A stretch of 64,000 bases of DNA from Lama glama (GCA_028534125.1 CM052816.1:46998001-47062000); one strand, 5' to 3'. Positions 49,911 to 63,860 are shown, numbered from the stretch's first letter. Made by a program: numbers and translations. The notes: generated by a model from the sequence alone, not told the origin.

Positions 49911-51394
49911 TTTTGTATTATTTACCCAAATGTATCTATTAGCCTCATTTTGAATTTCCATTTGTGCAATAAGAATTGGAATTTTTCTGTTGTTTTAGAG
50001 ATGACTATTTTTCCCATAATGCATTTGAATCGTTATTAATAAGACAATGGAAAAGAAAATGTCACAATTCATTTGAAATGCAAAGAGCAAATAAACAGCA
50101 GTTAAATAACAGACATTAAATGTTGCACATATGTCAAGTAATAGCAAGAATGCTTTTCCTAGAATTTGAAACACTGATAAGTGAGATTGTTATGGCATTA
50201 GAATTTTTTAGGCTAAAAAGGAGCCTGATGCAGATTAATAGTTATGTGCATTAAAAGAAAGAACAGTGAATTGGTAGAATTAGTTCTACTGACCGAAGAC
50301 TCCGTGACTTCAAAGCTTGCTATTTGACATTTTACAAGAGTGATTGGAATGCGTATCCTGGGACTGAGACTAAGGACAGTTTTCTTTGGTTGTAATAGCT
50401 ACGCTTTTATAGCTTCCTACCTCCTCGGGGACCACAAGTGGACCCCCTCAGGAAGGTCTTACTACTACACTAAAACAAAACGTAATTCAACAAAGAGCAA
50501 GACACAAACACACCACTGGGCGAATTCACTGAATTGGGCATTTATTTATTTGTCCAACTCTATCTTTAGTCCGAATGAAAGGAACAGAGAGAATTTTCAA
50601 GGTGATTGTGACCTAGTTGTAATTAACAATAATGCATGGAAATACGAAACCTCTTTTTCAGTCTAAAAAACTTATAGCAAGACGCACTTGGTTAATGTTA
50701 AAAAACCAAAAATTGTATGATACGCACCCAGAAATTCTTGCGGAATTTTCAAATATGGAACGATGGGTTTGGCATGATTATGTAGAATTACACATCTCTG
50801 CCGTGCTTCAAAGAGTTTACTAAAAAGTGTCAAGGAGTGACAGCGGTCTTTCATTTATTATGTCATCATACATCTATCGAGTGTCAGGCCCAGATCTCAC
50901 TCCTCTAGTGATAATAAGCCAAGAAGCAATTTAAAGATTTAAAATGTGGGGATTTTTTTCTATAGAAAACCATGCAAATATTTGTCTGCCTATTGGAATT
51001 CTGAGTGAACTTTTCTGTCCACAACATCTGCCAGGAAATCTTACAAGGATAAGTTTGCTTGTGGAATTTCTGACCCTTGTTCTTGGACGATATACTGTGA
51101 TGTCAATAATATTTGAACAGCTTTTCGTAGAGAGGTTCTTTAGTTAGAATCTGAGGGTCAGGGGAAGGTTCTCTTCCCCGTGATCACCTAAGCACATCAA
51201 AATGAAGCTGCTGCGATGAATTTTCCGTCCTTAAAGTTAAAGTACTTGGAAAAGAGTTACCTCAAGGGGATGGCTTTCTGCATTCGCCTTATTTCAGAGC
51301 AAAACGATTAGACACCCTCCCCAGTCCTCCCACCCACAAAAGAGTGAAATGAAGATCTGAATATACTGCTTTATTTTGTCTGTTATCCTTCCAT

Positions 51395-52417
51395 ATTTAT
51401 ACATCTAGCCTTGACCTCACCTTACCTCCAAGTCAAAGGCCAACTGCCTGCTTGACAGCTCCGCCGGAAGTGTCACGGGCATCTCAGACTTAGCAGTCCA
51501 AAGCTCGATGCTTGGTCCTGCCCCTTCCAACAGCTTCCTTTCCTGTAGCCGTCTCCCTCGTAGCGCACTGCACCATCCTCTTGGTGTCCCTGCAGAAAAT
51601 CTAGGGATTGTCCCTCGCTTAGGAATTCCTTTATGTGCAGTCACGCCTTCAGAAATCTTATTAGTGGTAACTTCAAAACATGTCCTGAATATGTCCACTC
51701 GTCAGCACCCCCACAGCTACCACCTTGGTCTAAACCACCATCAGCTCTCATCTGCGTGATGGCAAAGACCTCCTAAAACTGATCTCCCTGTTTCCACCTT
51801 TGCTGCTCTACAGTCTCTTCTCCACTCACTGAATAGTCTTTTATAAATAGAAATCAGAGTGGACGTTTGTTAAATAAAGCCCTCAAATGTCTTCCCACTG
51901 CTGTCTCCTTCCATAGCCCATGGTGTTCCATGTGATGTGATGCTCGCTGCCTCCCAGACCCCAGTTCATTCCACTCTTCCCCTCACTCACTGCCTTCCAA
52001 CCAGAGGGCCCGCCTGTGCACACGCCAAGCTCTCACCTCCTTAAGGCAGTTGAATTCTCTCTAGTGCCCCAGACCTCCACATCTGACTGGGTTTTTTTGG
52101 GGAGGAGGGTACAGGGGGTTGGTCATTTGGGGGTGAACTCAAGTGTCACCTCCTCGGATGTCTTCCTCGACCACCTAATCTAAACCTTCACCTGAGAACT
52201 TTTTGTCCATTACCCTATTGCTGTTGTTTTCCTTCTCAGCTTTATCACAATCTGATGTTTTCTTTTTTCTCTTTATGTACAACTCTCTTAACTGAAAAAA
52301 ATACCCTCCAGGAAACAGAATTTGATCTGCCACGCTAACCATGGTATCCACAGTGGCCGGCACAGCTTGTCCCGTAGTAAACACTCGTTAATATTTGTTG
52401 AATGTATAAATAAATGA
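51395..52417 (+). mobile_element. L2 3' region (~1 kb)
   Basis: 'caactgcctgcttgacagctcc', 'aactcaagtgtcacctcctc', terminus 'aatatttgttgaatgtataaataaatga'. Confidence 0.85.
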
Positions 52418-53569
52418 CTGCAGCCCCAGACGTTTTAAGTAAGCGCATTTAAAATTTTAGCGATGAATAACACTATACTAAAAGTAACATCAGGCTGAGC
52501 CCTTCTGGAATAATTAATGCTTCAACTGCCAAGGGCCTAATAAATCCGGGTGACAGTCTTTCAGTGGGCAAAATACATCGTCCTTGCTCTGAGAAATGGG
52601 CCCTTGAGACATCAGGCTACACAAAGTCAAAACTTTTGAGGTTGTTGCTTGAGATGAACTTATTAGAATCAGAAATCTAGGGGTGGGGTAAAAGAGGCTG
52701 GCAAGGGAGCAAATACACAGAGGGGATGGAGGGAGGGCTCTTCCAAGTTCTGATGGTGCATGACAACTGGGGAAGCAGAAATTCACCAGGTGAGAGGAGC
52801 AGCCTTCGAGAAGATCTTCACCGAGGTTGACCTGAGTTGAGTGGAGATGATGATGGAGGTTTAGGGGGAAGATGAAGAATTATTCTTATGTTATAATGTC
52901 TTATAAATAGAGTAAGCATTAGAAAGAGTTCTCTTTTTTAAAGGGTCTCTCACTTTTTATCACGATAGGTAACTCTCACAGAAGCAGAGAAGATAATATT
53001 CTTACAAAGTATGAAAAACAAAGCCTCCAAAAGCAATACACACAGCATATACCATTTGACAGGAAAGGTGAGATCCTGACCAGGTCCAAAGAGGATCTAA
53101 AACAGTAGGTGGTGACCTGGACACATCAAAGTTGATACCAAATTTAGAGTTAAAGATGGACACGATCAGTCCAAATTATCTGTGGCAACATGGCCAGTGC
53201 TTCTCTGCATCACCCAGCAGTCAGAACTCAGTGTGTGAGTTTGGAATAGAAACTCATTTCGCTCTCACACAACGTAATTATGAGGTAAATTTTCTGGAAA
53301 AACAATGCATGTAATAGATTCTAAAGTCAAGTAGAAGTGATTTTTAAATTATTTGCTATTTTGGGTTATTCAGAATAACCAAATGTTGATTTTATGGCTA
53401 TATCATCACATATTTGAAATGAATGAAATAAATGAATTTATATACAGTGAAACATTAGATTGGGTGGTAATTGGCTGCAAAACAGAAAGATGAGCCAGTA
53501 CGATGTATAAGCTCTCATCTCTGGGACAGCTATGTTTTAAAATTTATAAAGGTATATGCACATATATAA

Positions 53570-53795
53570 AATCAAATGACTTTCAGGCTGGAATGCACCT
53601 GATAGATTATCTGTCCAGTCCTTCATCATTGTGGGCTTAAATATTCCATTTTGCCATTAAACATGTACTCAAACATGTGGTCAGAATTACTGTGTAAAGT
53701 GTGACTGAGGAGACTTCACCCAGAGAGGTTCTGGGTTTTGCTCAAGGTCACACTACTGGTTTAGGGTGGAGCTGGCATGGCTCTTGACTCTTAGG
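53570..53795 (-). mobile_element. MIR/MIR3 fragment
   Basis: 'ggctggaatgcacctgatagattatctgtccagtcc' and 'cccagagagg...ttgctcaaggtcacac'. Confidence 0.6.
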
Positions 53796-54879
53796 GTGCC
53801 AGTTTCCTAAGAAATGTACATCATATCTATTATTAGATAATTCAAACAATTTAGTTAGAACTATTTGAATAGATTATTTCTCTATCAAGTGATTATTTTT
53901 ATTACTATTTGAGTTACCTTTTCATTGTCTTCTAAAAGCATCTATTAGAAAAAAAAGCAGGAGGTTTGAGTCATTTTTCTCAATACTCTAGTTACAATAA
54001 TTTAATAAAAACCGTACTGTTTGAAGGGAGTATTCTTAAGTTCCAGACCTCTCCTTATTCTCTGGCCCACCAAACTATGGAAGAACTTGTGTGCTTAACA
54101 AAGTTATATGCAAGTTCAGCATCCTTAAAGAAGCACGTCTTACATATGGACCATAAGAATTTGTCACGTTTTCATGGATTTGTTTTTTGAACCAAAAGTC
54201 TATGTCTTTATTTCTTTTAGGAACTCTGAGACACAGAAACCACTGCTGACACCTGATTTCCTTCTGGCAGATGACCAGAGAGAATCAGCGTTAACAACGT
54301 GCAGAAAATGCCAAATGCAGGGGAAATGACAAATGTGCCAGATGATTTAATATCGAGCAAAGATAAAGGTTAACAGAAATGATCTTTTCCTCTTAGTTTG
54401 CAAAATAAGGTAAAAGTGCCTTTTACCTTTGCAAAATACTTTACAAAGCAGGGCTTTAAAATGAACATAGTGATTTTTATCTATGTCCTGCAAAAGCTAG
54501 TACACACCTAGCTGTCACACAGCAGTTTTGACTGGTACACGTTTAATAGTAAAAGGGGATATTTAAGCCCACCATTTGGAGGGAAACTAAATAAGGATAA
54601 TCAGATAATGAATTTCTTCCACTCAGTTGAGCAGTCTTAATCAAACCTGAGAATGTTTCGGGGAGAAGCTCGAAGCCAGTCCCTCTTTCTTACTTGTCAC
54701 CAAGGAGGCTTGGTGGCAGAAGAGGGCAGATTTTTGACAAAGTACTGGCTGTTGCCTCTGCACTCATTTTTCCCTCTTCTCTTTAATGAGGTGATCTTAA
54801 TAACTTTCAGTTTCAAAACTACTAAACAATCAACACAGATAACTTTAAAAATGAAGAAAAGCACAAAGGGAAAGTGAAA

Positions 54880-55210
54880 TTTAATAAACGAAAGTCATTG
54901 TCAATCTGACTACCCAGCTATAATCCCTGTTAAAATCTTGGTACATCATTACTGTCAAGTCATACCATATATTCTTCTTTTACTTTTCTTATCAATTATG
55001 CTATAACCAATTTCACATTTCAATAAATATTCTTCCACAATACCCCTTAGGTGGCTGTATGCTATTCCATTATGTGGATATGCTATAACTTACTTAGCCA
55101 GCCTCCAATAATTAGAAGTCTGGAATTTTACTTTTGGATATTATTAAAAATGTCAGCACTTAAATTTTTATTCTTTGGTATTCTAACTTTTTTTCCAAAT
55201 AAAGATACCA
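54880..55210 (-). mobile_element. Ancient L1ME-like fragment
   Basis: 'tggctgtatgctattccattatgtggatatgctataacttacttagcc'. Confidence 0.55.
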
Positions 55211-58039
55211 AGTAAAGGAATAATAATTAAGGAAGGAACATCTATTCTATTTTTATGAATAAATGCACTTATTGGAATGAAGGGTTACAGAAGTTATGAA
55301 AAGTGTCTTTTGTCAGTTTGGCACAGCTTGATATAATATTGAAGTAATCATTAAATTAGTTCTAGTTTCCTTAAAGAGTCTGGACTGGATTTTTTAGACT
55401 CTAAGCTATGGTTCTACCATGTAATCATAATAGAAAAATCAGCACAAATATTTCTGCTAAAGTTTTCATTTTCAGTAATAAATGTAAAGTTTGTACAAGA
55501 ACCTTCTCTAGCAGCATATTAAATGCAGAAGCACTGGGGTTGGGCTTTAAATTTAAGAGAAATTGGCAAAATGTTACAGACTCCTATGATCTCCTAATAA
55601 CAAAGGGAACTATTAGGAACCATATTTTGATGCCAGTCTTGTATCAAACCATGTATTTTAAAAATATTTCAGTTTTTAGTGAAGAGGAAGGAGTTAGAAA
55701 ATTTTAACAGGAAAAGGGATCGAGACTGCTCAACTACAATAGCTGTTAACAGTGGTTAAACACTGTGATGTACTGGAACTCCATTCAAAGATGAAATTTA
55801 TGGACAAAAGATAAAACCCAATCAAATACATTTTCTGAAATATAATGATTTTAACCATAGGATAACTGATTTTGTTAGCAAGCAAGATTCTTTCTGAGTT
55901 TATTGTATATAAAACTACAATATTCTATCCCCCCAAAACAAGACTGACTTCTCACATTATTACCCAGTTTTCATGGACACTTAACCTATATGAACTAAAC
56001 ACACACACACACAAACACTGAATTTCTGCAAATCTGTAAAATCTTTCTTTGCTATCTTGATGAGTTCCACTGTAGTCAATTATCTTTATAAACTAGAATA
56101 TTACTAATAAGGAAGTTCCATATTAGCATTATGAAATAGGTTCATAATTTCCTAGTAAATGCTCTTGCTCTTCCAAGCAGATGTATTTCATAGCTAATAA
56201 CGCAAAATCAAGAAATGCATCCAAACCAAGAACACATTTTGTTGCTATCTTTTAAGAAAGGAAACATTATTTCTTTTCCCTGGAATTAATTTCTTAACTC
56301 ACAGCTGTAGTATCTTCCATTTTTCTTTCACCAAACCTAATACAAATTCCACACATATTATGGATCAGAACATAAGCTTTTTTGAACAATCTATATAAAC
56401 CAGCTGTTTACAAGTTTCCCGTTTTGTTTTATTGGGTAGCTGCAAATGGATTTTTACACAGAGCCAGCGATTCAGAGAGAATTCTCCACAGCCACACGTA
56501 GCCCACCGTGTGGTACCATTTTGGAAGAAGAGTGCGTACTGTTTTCGAGACCAGATTTTTTAAAGCAGATGCACAGGACAATAATCTGATACTGAGTACC
56601 CAAACGGAGCTGTACATTATCCCATCTTTCAATACTTTTTGCATTATACAGATCATACAAATACTCCGTGCATTTTGAGATTAACATGACCAGTGGATAA
56701 TGATGTCAGCAGCACTGCAATATTAAAAAATGAGAAAATATTCTCATTGCATTTGTTCTCGTTTTGGAGATACAATGCTAGTATCCATTTTAAAATGCTG
56801 TATTTGTTACCAGCATACATCTCCATAAGCAACCATTGTTTAAAACACTAAAACATCAGATCAACATATATATATATGTATATTTGTATATACATGTTAT
56901 ATATTTATATAGAGAGAGTTACATGCTATAGATATCATGATATAAGTTAAATTCATACTGCTTTTGCAAAGGATTTGTGACTTATAATGACAATTTCCTG
57001 AATTACATGCATGGTGATTTTTTTCCTGGGCCTATTCCCGATCTTTATGTTCTCCAATCATACAAGCAGAATTGCATTCGATGCACAATAAAATATTAGC
57101 CATAAAATCTGAAACAATTCTTACATCTTGATATTACTGTAGTTTAACACGAAAGTAATGCATTCTTCCTTCTCCATTCCCTGAAAACCACAAAACTCCA
57201 TTAGCCCTCTCAGTACATCTGCAGGAAACAAGGTTGATCATTTTAAAGAAGTATTCTGAAATTATAATAACATAATGGAGGGATTCTGTATGAAAAACAG
57301 CAAGGAGGAACTTAATTTCTACAAAGTTAAGTCTCTTGAATAATCATTAAATGAAAACTTACACAGATTTGAAAATGAACAAACAAGTGAATAAGCATAG
57401 TAGCCACGTACTTTATAACTGTCCACCTGGAGTCAGATAACCTGGTGAAGAGGTGAAGAAGAGGAGAAAAGGGAGTTTATGGATGTTGCTAGTCTGTGCT
57501 CTACTCTGTCTTAGGTGTCTGTATGTCTCATCTAATGGCTCTACAAGGCAGAGATTGCATGTTCCATTTAGCAGCTGTGCAAACGGAGGCTCAGTGATTT
57601 GGTGCAATCTGCTGCTAAGTGGCAGTATTATGATGGGCACCTAAATTTGCAGGCAAGGTCCATTCTTTGGTCCATTACAATAGACTTAAAAATTGACCTT
57701 TTTGCATATTTAGTTTCCTCAAGGGTGGAAGAGGGCTAGCAGTGCTGCATTAACTATCTCCCAAGGTATGTTAAGGATCGAATGCAATGCGAAACAGCTT
57801 TCAAAACTATGTGGAGCTTTACAAAAAACAGGAATGAACAGAGTAAATAGCTAGGTTTTATTAGCAATAAAAACCACAACCCATATTCCACAGCAGTTCC
57901 TTCTCCCTTTCCTCTCTTTCCATTTGTTCTTTTAATATCTCTCCTCTGATTCACCTCTTCTCTCTATGGTGAAATTCCTTCTTTCTGGCAATTTAAAGTT
58001 GCCCAACAGGAGTACTGAGCTTGGACCCTAGAATGTACC

Positions 58040-58530
58040 CTCTTTCTCTCACCCTTTTTAATCTTCAACTCACTGTAACAGGGCTTTGCCCCCTCCACTC
58101 CACTGGACCACCAGTTTCTTCACAAACACTTTTGATGTCTTTGCCCCAATTAGGAAAAGTGCATCCCCTCCTCTGGGGGATGGTTGTATGAGCAGAATGA
58201 AACCTGGCATCCTTGTTCAGTCAACAACTTGAACAACTATCCTTGGCCAATGAACACGGCTTTGGTAAGGTCATCAATGACCTTTTATTGGCAAAATCCA
58301 GTGGACATGTTTCAAACTTCATCTTACTTAAGTTCTTTCATCCTTACTTAAGTTTTTAAGTGGGGAATTCCCTCTTGGAACCAATCGCCCTTCCAAGTGA
58401 AGCTGATACCAGTGTTTCCTGATTTTCCTCCTAAAGCTCTGGCAGTTTCTTAGTCTCTTTCACAGGCTCTTTTTCTTCTAGCTGCTTCTAGATTCTCTCT
58501 GTCTTGAGCCACTTGTTTCTCACTCCACAC
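58040..58530 (+). mobile_element. L2 ORF2 (RT region) fossil
   Basis: 'gggctttgccccctccactccactgg' and 'ggctttggtaaggtcatcaatgaccttttattggcaaaatccagtggaca' correspond to the L2 motif SGF.P.HSTETAL.KV.NDL..AKS.G. Confidence 0.7.
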
Positions 58531-59189
58531 CAGTAATGAGCTACCCAAAATGTGGCACTATATTGGGTTTGGGCTAAGTTCTGTAGCAGACTGTAATCTT
58601 TGGATGTGAGGAATCACCCAAACCCAGCCATTGGTGGAAGAGTTAGCGTGCTCTGAAAGCAAGACATTGGTATCATGCCCATTTACGTGGTTCCCCCCAC
58701 CTCCCTTGTCCTAGTCTGCCCAGCACTGACCTAGAAGACGTCCTATGGCCACAGTATGCAGAGAACTGGTGGTGACAAGGGGCATCCCATTCATCTCCAA
58801 AATAATGATAACAGTGCTTTCCTGGGGATGTGATTTTGAGAATGAACAAGTATTTTTGAACTTTGAAGTGTTGGACAAATGTAAAGGTTAAAAGATTAGG
58901 AAGTTGTCTCTGTGTTGTTCCTTCACAAATGTGCCTGGAGTATAATAATTTAATGACTGAAAGAAAATCTTCAGTTTTCTCAATGATAATTTTTGGTTCA
59001 ATAAAGTGGATAACCTAAATGGGAGGAATTCATATTATTTTCCATGGAATTCAGTTAAGTTACTTTCATCTTGAATCAAAAAATGATGACCTTTTTACAA
59101 CTCTGTTTCCTGAATTCATCCTGAGGTTGAAAACCGTGCTCACCTCTGCTCCGTCGTTTCCCTGGATGCCACGTGAAATTGTGGCTTCT

Positions 59190-60160
59190 GTTCTCACCTC
59201 TGTGCTGCTGACTGGAACTATTGCCATCTGGCTTTTGTTCCCACAAATTCTCAAAATTGTTCTCATCAAGGTGACCAAAGCTTCCTTTCTGCTGAATCCA
59301 GTCGACACCTTGCGCCCTTACCTTATTTGACCAACTTGGCAGCATCTGACACAGTTGACCAACCCTCCTCATTGAAATTTTGCTTAGCTTGGCACCTGCG
59401 ACATTGCACTCTCCTGATTTTCCTTCACATTAAAAAAAAAAAATTTCCCCTGATTCCTTTTCTGTATTAATTTTCTCTTGGGGTTCTGTCCTGGGCTTTT
59501 CTTTTTCTCTCTGTACGTTCACTACCTGGGCTGTCTCATGCACTTTAAGACTCTTACTTATGATCTATGTTGGTTAAGCTCAAATTTCTTCTCCAGTCCA
59601 GACCAGTCTTTGGGGTTTCACACCCAAATAATTAACTGTCTTCTTGACAAAACCAGTTCAATGTTCACAGTTTAAACCCAACATGTTCAAGATCGAACCG
59701 TCATCTTTCCCCACCCCAGCTACTCCTCCTGTTGGATTCCCAGTTTAATGAACAGGCCCACGTAGACATTAGAGAAGACACCAGCCGAGGTGTCCTAAGC
59801 AGTAGGAACAGAATTCAGAGCTTCTGCACAGTCTGCTGCTTTCACCTGGACTCCTTCCTCCGCACCCCAACCCCTGCTACTCGGCCAACTTTGCTCAGTT
59901 CATTCCTACTAATCCTGAGGTTTCTAATTTAGATGTAACCCTCGTTCTGGAAAACCTCCCTGACCCTCAAAATCTGTGTAGAAAAGTACTTCTCTCAAGT
60001 GTTTTGTCAGAAATCGGTTATTGATATGTTTCTGTCATAGATGCTTGTCAGATTTTATTGTAATTAAAAGGATGTCCGTCTTCCTCACTAGGTTTTAAGC
60101 TCCATAAAATCCGGGATCGTATCTAGTGAGCTCAAGTCCTAACACGAGGCCGGGAGTGAG
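59190..60160 (+). mobile_element. L2 fossil (RT region to 3' end, with deletions)
   Basis: 'ttctcatcaaggtgaccaa', 'gcagcatctgacacagttgacca' (AAFDTVDH motif), 'aaacccaacatgttcaa', 'cttcctcactaggttttaagctcc'. Confidence 0.75.
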
Positions 60161-60254
60161 CAGTTCTCAGGAAATCACGTGGGCTAAGCACTTAAATCAG
60201 AAGGTACTTGCCTCTGAACCCTACCTGGGCCGCTATCCTGTAGCCTGAAGCACT

Positions 60255-60392
60255 TTTTTGCACTTATTTTTTTAAAATCTATCTTCCTCATGGGCTGTGA
60301 CCAGTTCGAGGGCAGAGGCTATGACTGATTCATATTTTTATGTCCCAGGGCCTAGGATAGCACCCAACACAAATGGGCGCATGAGTAAATGA
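60255..60392 (+). mobile_element. L2 3' end
   Basis: 'gagggcagaggctatgactgattcatatttttatgtcccagggcctag'. Confidence 0.7.
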
Positions 60393-60482
60393 CACAGGGA
60401 AAGGAACCCGAGTAATCATCTGGCCTGTTATTTCCTTACTTGTGTTTCAAGGAGCCCTAATCCCATAAGACATTTTACATTT

Positions 60483-60543
60483 GGGGTTGGCAAACTTTTT
60501 CCTGTAAAGAGCCAAATAGTAAATATTTCAGGCATTGTGGACC
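60483..60543. mobile_element. MER58 terminal fragment (hAT-Charlie)
   Basis: 'ggggttggcaaactttttcctgtaaagagccaaatagtaaatatttcaggcattgtggacc'. Confidence 0.85.
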
Positions 60544-60564
60544 CTCCATTGTTGATTTTTTTTT

Positions 60565-60695
60565 CCAACTCCCTAATTTTGTAGAGGAAACCAGACCCAA
60601 GGAAGAAAAAGAATTTTCCCAACGTCACAAGTTTATTTCAGAATCGGCAGCGAATCGCCGAATTCCAGACTCTCACTGCAATGTTTGTCTTTACG
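60565..60695 (-). mobile_element. MIR fragment
   Basis: 'ccaactccctaattttgtagaggaaaccagaccca...ttttcccaacgtcaca'. Confidence 0.55.
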
Positions 60696-61627
60696 AAAAC
60701 GGTCACCTTTGTTACAGATATCTAGCTTGCCCCGCGACTGCCAACCTCAGTGCCTCCTTCTATGAAGACGTGCCCAGCCCCTATCTGTGCCCCAGCAGGC
60801 TGCCTTCTGGATTTTTGCCCAGTTGCAACTTTCTGCTTTTCTGTCTAGCAAAGGAAGCCAATTGACTGCTTGACTGTCAGAATGATTATTTATTTCCTCA
60901 TTCATTCATTTTTTTCTTTCAATAAATGTATTTAGCTGGCACTAGCAAACCAAACTGCTGCCGTCTCATATTTGTTAAATATTCATTAAGTCTCCACATG
61001 TTACTATGTCTTTTCTTTTTAAAGAAATGTTAGAAATCTTTAATAGCGTTATTGTCATCTTGCTGTAGACAAGTGTCTGTTACCTTTTTAGATCCTGACA
61101 ACCCAGGCCGAGGTGACCGTGTTCAGTTCCTAGTGGGGAAATGTATCTGTTTTCTTGGCAAGGATGTAAGAATGCACAATGGAGAAAGGATTTCTAATTT
61201 CTGGGACTGAGAACAGCTTAGTCTCCTAGACACTCGTGACTTGCTCGAGAGATGTGGGCGATGTTTGATTCTGTTCCCATCAGCTATGGGTTACAGAAGT
61301 GAAGTAACACATTAGCATTAAATGACTTCAGGAATTTTCACTGAGTTAAATCCTATGTAAAACATCACGGCAACATATTTCACTTTATACATTGTGTCAA
61401 TTATTTTTTGAAAGGACAGAAGCAAATATGTGCCACTTGGTGTTTTTCTGTCTTCCTAACCTCTTCTTTGCTCCTCACACTGCCCATCAGTATCCTAATG
61501 CTGGGCTCCCTCCCCACCTAGCAAACGCAGAACCCCAAAGCCTCCTTTTCACCCTCTCCAGCGATGGTTGATAGCTGCTTCAGGGTGTGTCTGTTTATCT
61601 ATCCATCTATCTAACTATCTATTGTCT

Positions 61628-61872
61628 CATGGTTAACAAGAGATAAGATCCAGAGTCAAACTTCCTAAGCTTAAATTCTTATCCCAGCTACATGATTCTA
61701 AGCAGATTATTCAACTTCTGTATTTCTCAGTAATCTCATCTATAAAATGGGGATAATATTAAAGCCTTACATCTAGGGTTGTTGTAGGATTAAATGAGAT
61801 GATACACACAAAATGCTGGGATCAGCATCTAATTTGTAGTAGCACTCATTAAGTGTTAGCTATTTATTATGA
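61628..61872 (+). mobile_element. MIR, near full length
   Basis: 'ctcatctataaaatggggataata...agggttgttgtaggattaaatgagat...gtagcactcattaagtgttagctatt'. Confidence 0.9.
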
Positions 61873-63168
61873 CTGTTGTAGTTAATGTGATTATTGTTAC
61901 TTCTTAATATTAAGAAGGAAGTTCTAGGTCTATTATGAAACAAAAAAGAAGATAAACCCTAGACAGAAGCTAAGAGAACAGTAGTAGAAAAAGTAGGTGT
62001 ATCTAGGTCACCAGGAAGCAAACAAAAGGAAAAAGCTTCAGACCACATTTTTTTTTTCCTCCAATCAAATCACAAGAGGCTGCAGCCTGGCCTTCCAGCA
62101 AGCCCCATCTTTGGGTTTTCCCACACACAGGGATTAAATTCTGTAGCTGGAGAATACTAATTTGAGGAATTCTATGGTTAAGAAAGCTTCTGAGGACTAA
62201 TTTAGTTAACTCACTACTATGCTTAACATTACTTCTATGGGGAAATATATTGCAGAATATAAACAAACCAGACTAGAAGAACACTTTTGAAATGAGACCC
62301 ATCAGCAAACTAGGACAGCCAATTGGGTACATTTCTGGAGGAGAAGAAAGGAAGGTAGGTGCCATTTAGATGGTTATGGTCTTGCCACCATCATGCTAGA
62401 TGTTTTCTTCAGCTTGAATTCAACATGAATTTTAAAATGTTAATTCAATTTCAAATGAGAGTGGAAGTAATGTCTTCACTAAACTTTGTAATTGAAATAC
62501 TTCATTATATTTGTCTTTCTAATGGGATAAAAAAAAACTTTAAATTTTCTTCAAATTAGAATTCTTATAGTATATAGTACATTTGACATTATAATGAAAA
62601 TCAAGAAATATTTCCAATTTTAAAGACATGAGAAAAGGAATAAAATCAAAATAATGATTATCAATCTTTGCAGAATAATCTAAGGAAATAATTATTCCAA
62701 AAGTGTACAATTACAGCTGATGGTGAGTGCTATACAAGGGAAATTGTTGTTCTTAATTTTTTTCAGATTTTACTTTTAGAAAAATTATAATTTAACTTTT
62801 TTGGGTTATAATATCTTGACATTTACCTGATATAAAAATAGTATACTTAAAAAAAGATTTATTGAGATGTCAGAAGTTTAATCTTTTCAATTATTTCTAA
62901 TTTTTTGCAGATAATAATAAAACACTATGGAATATTGGGGTAGAATATCTTTTGTAAGCCAATAGTAGCTCATGAGCTGTCTCAATCATTTTTTGTGTAT
63001 TACTGAAATATGTTTATTCACTATATCCCATTGAGTAGATGCAGATAGGATGTGTTAGATTGTGTTTCTGAAATGGGAACACTAAATCAACCGACAGCAA
63101 ATCCATTACAGCAGAATAGCCTTTGGAGTTACAATCCCTGAGTTACACCTTGACAAGGGCTCTTCCAC

Positions 63169-63860
63169 TGTGGTAGCCAGCCTCCAAGATGGCCTCCAAT
63201 GATCCTTGTCTCCTGGTATTTACGCCCTTATGTTAATTCCTCATATAACGAATAGAGTTGACCTGTATAGCAAATAGGATACAGGCATACCTCAGGGATA
63301 TTGCAGGTTTGGTTCCAGATGACCGCAATAAAGTGAACACATCAATAAAGTGAGTCACATGACTTTTTTTGGTTTCCTAGGGCATATAAAAGTTATATGT
63401 ATACTATACTGTAGTCTATTAAGCGTGCAATAGCATTATGTCTAAAAAGCCAATGTATATACCTTAATTTACAAATACTTAATTGCTTAAAAAATGCTAA
63501 CCATCATCCAACAATGCAGGATTGCACAAACCTTCAATTTGTAAAAAAAAAAAAAAAAAAAAAAGCAATATAGTGAAGGATAATAAAATGAGGTCTGCCT
63601 ATATTGTGGAAATGACAGAATGTAAGTTCTAAGTCTAGGTCATAGACACTGAAGCTTCTATCCCATTCTTTTGTATCACTTGCTGTGGAAAAAGTTAGCT
63701 CTTACATTGTGTGGAAACTCAAGCAGTCCTATGATGAGATCCACGTTCCAAGGAGCTCCTCAGGCTTGACAGACCCGGAGTCAGAACCACCATCTACACC
63801 ATGTCTGAACTCCTGCGAAGTTTGGAGAAATTTGTTACACAGCCAGAGATAGCTAACAAC
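63169..63860 (+). mobile_element. MaLR LTR (MLT1F-like), split by a Tigger1 MITE
   Basis: Start 'tgtggtagccagcctccaagatggcctccaatgatccttgtctcctggtattt'; end 'aatttgttacacagccagagatagctaaca'. Confidence 0.85.
63282..63601 (-). mobile_element. Tigger1-derived internally deleted element (TcMar MITE, 320 bp)
   Basis: TIRs 'caggcatacctc' and 'gaggtctgccta'; TA flanks at 63280-63281 and 63602-63603; both Tigger1 ends joined with no transposase. Confidence 0.9.

Noticed and set aside
53364..53380. ggttattc-a-gaataacc palindrome
   Set aside because: 8-bp AT-rich arms are plausible by chance in 64 kb, and there is no other support.
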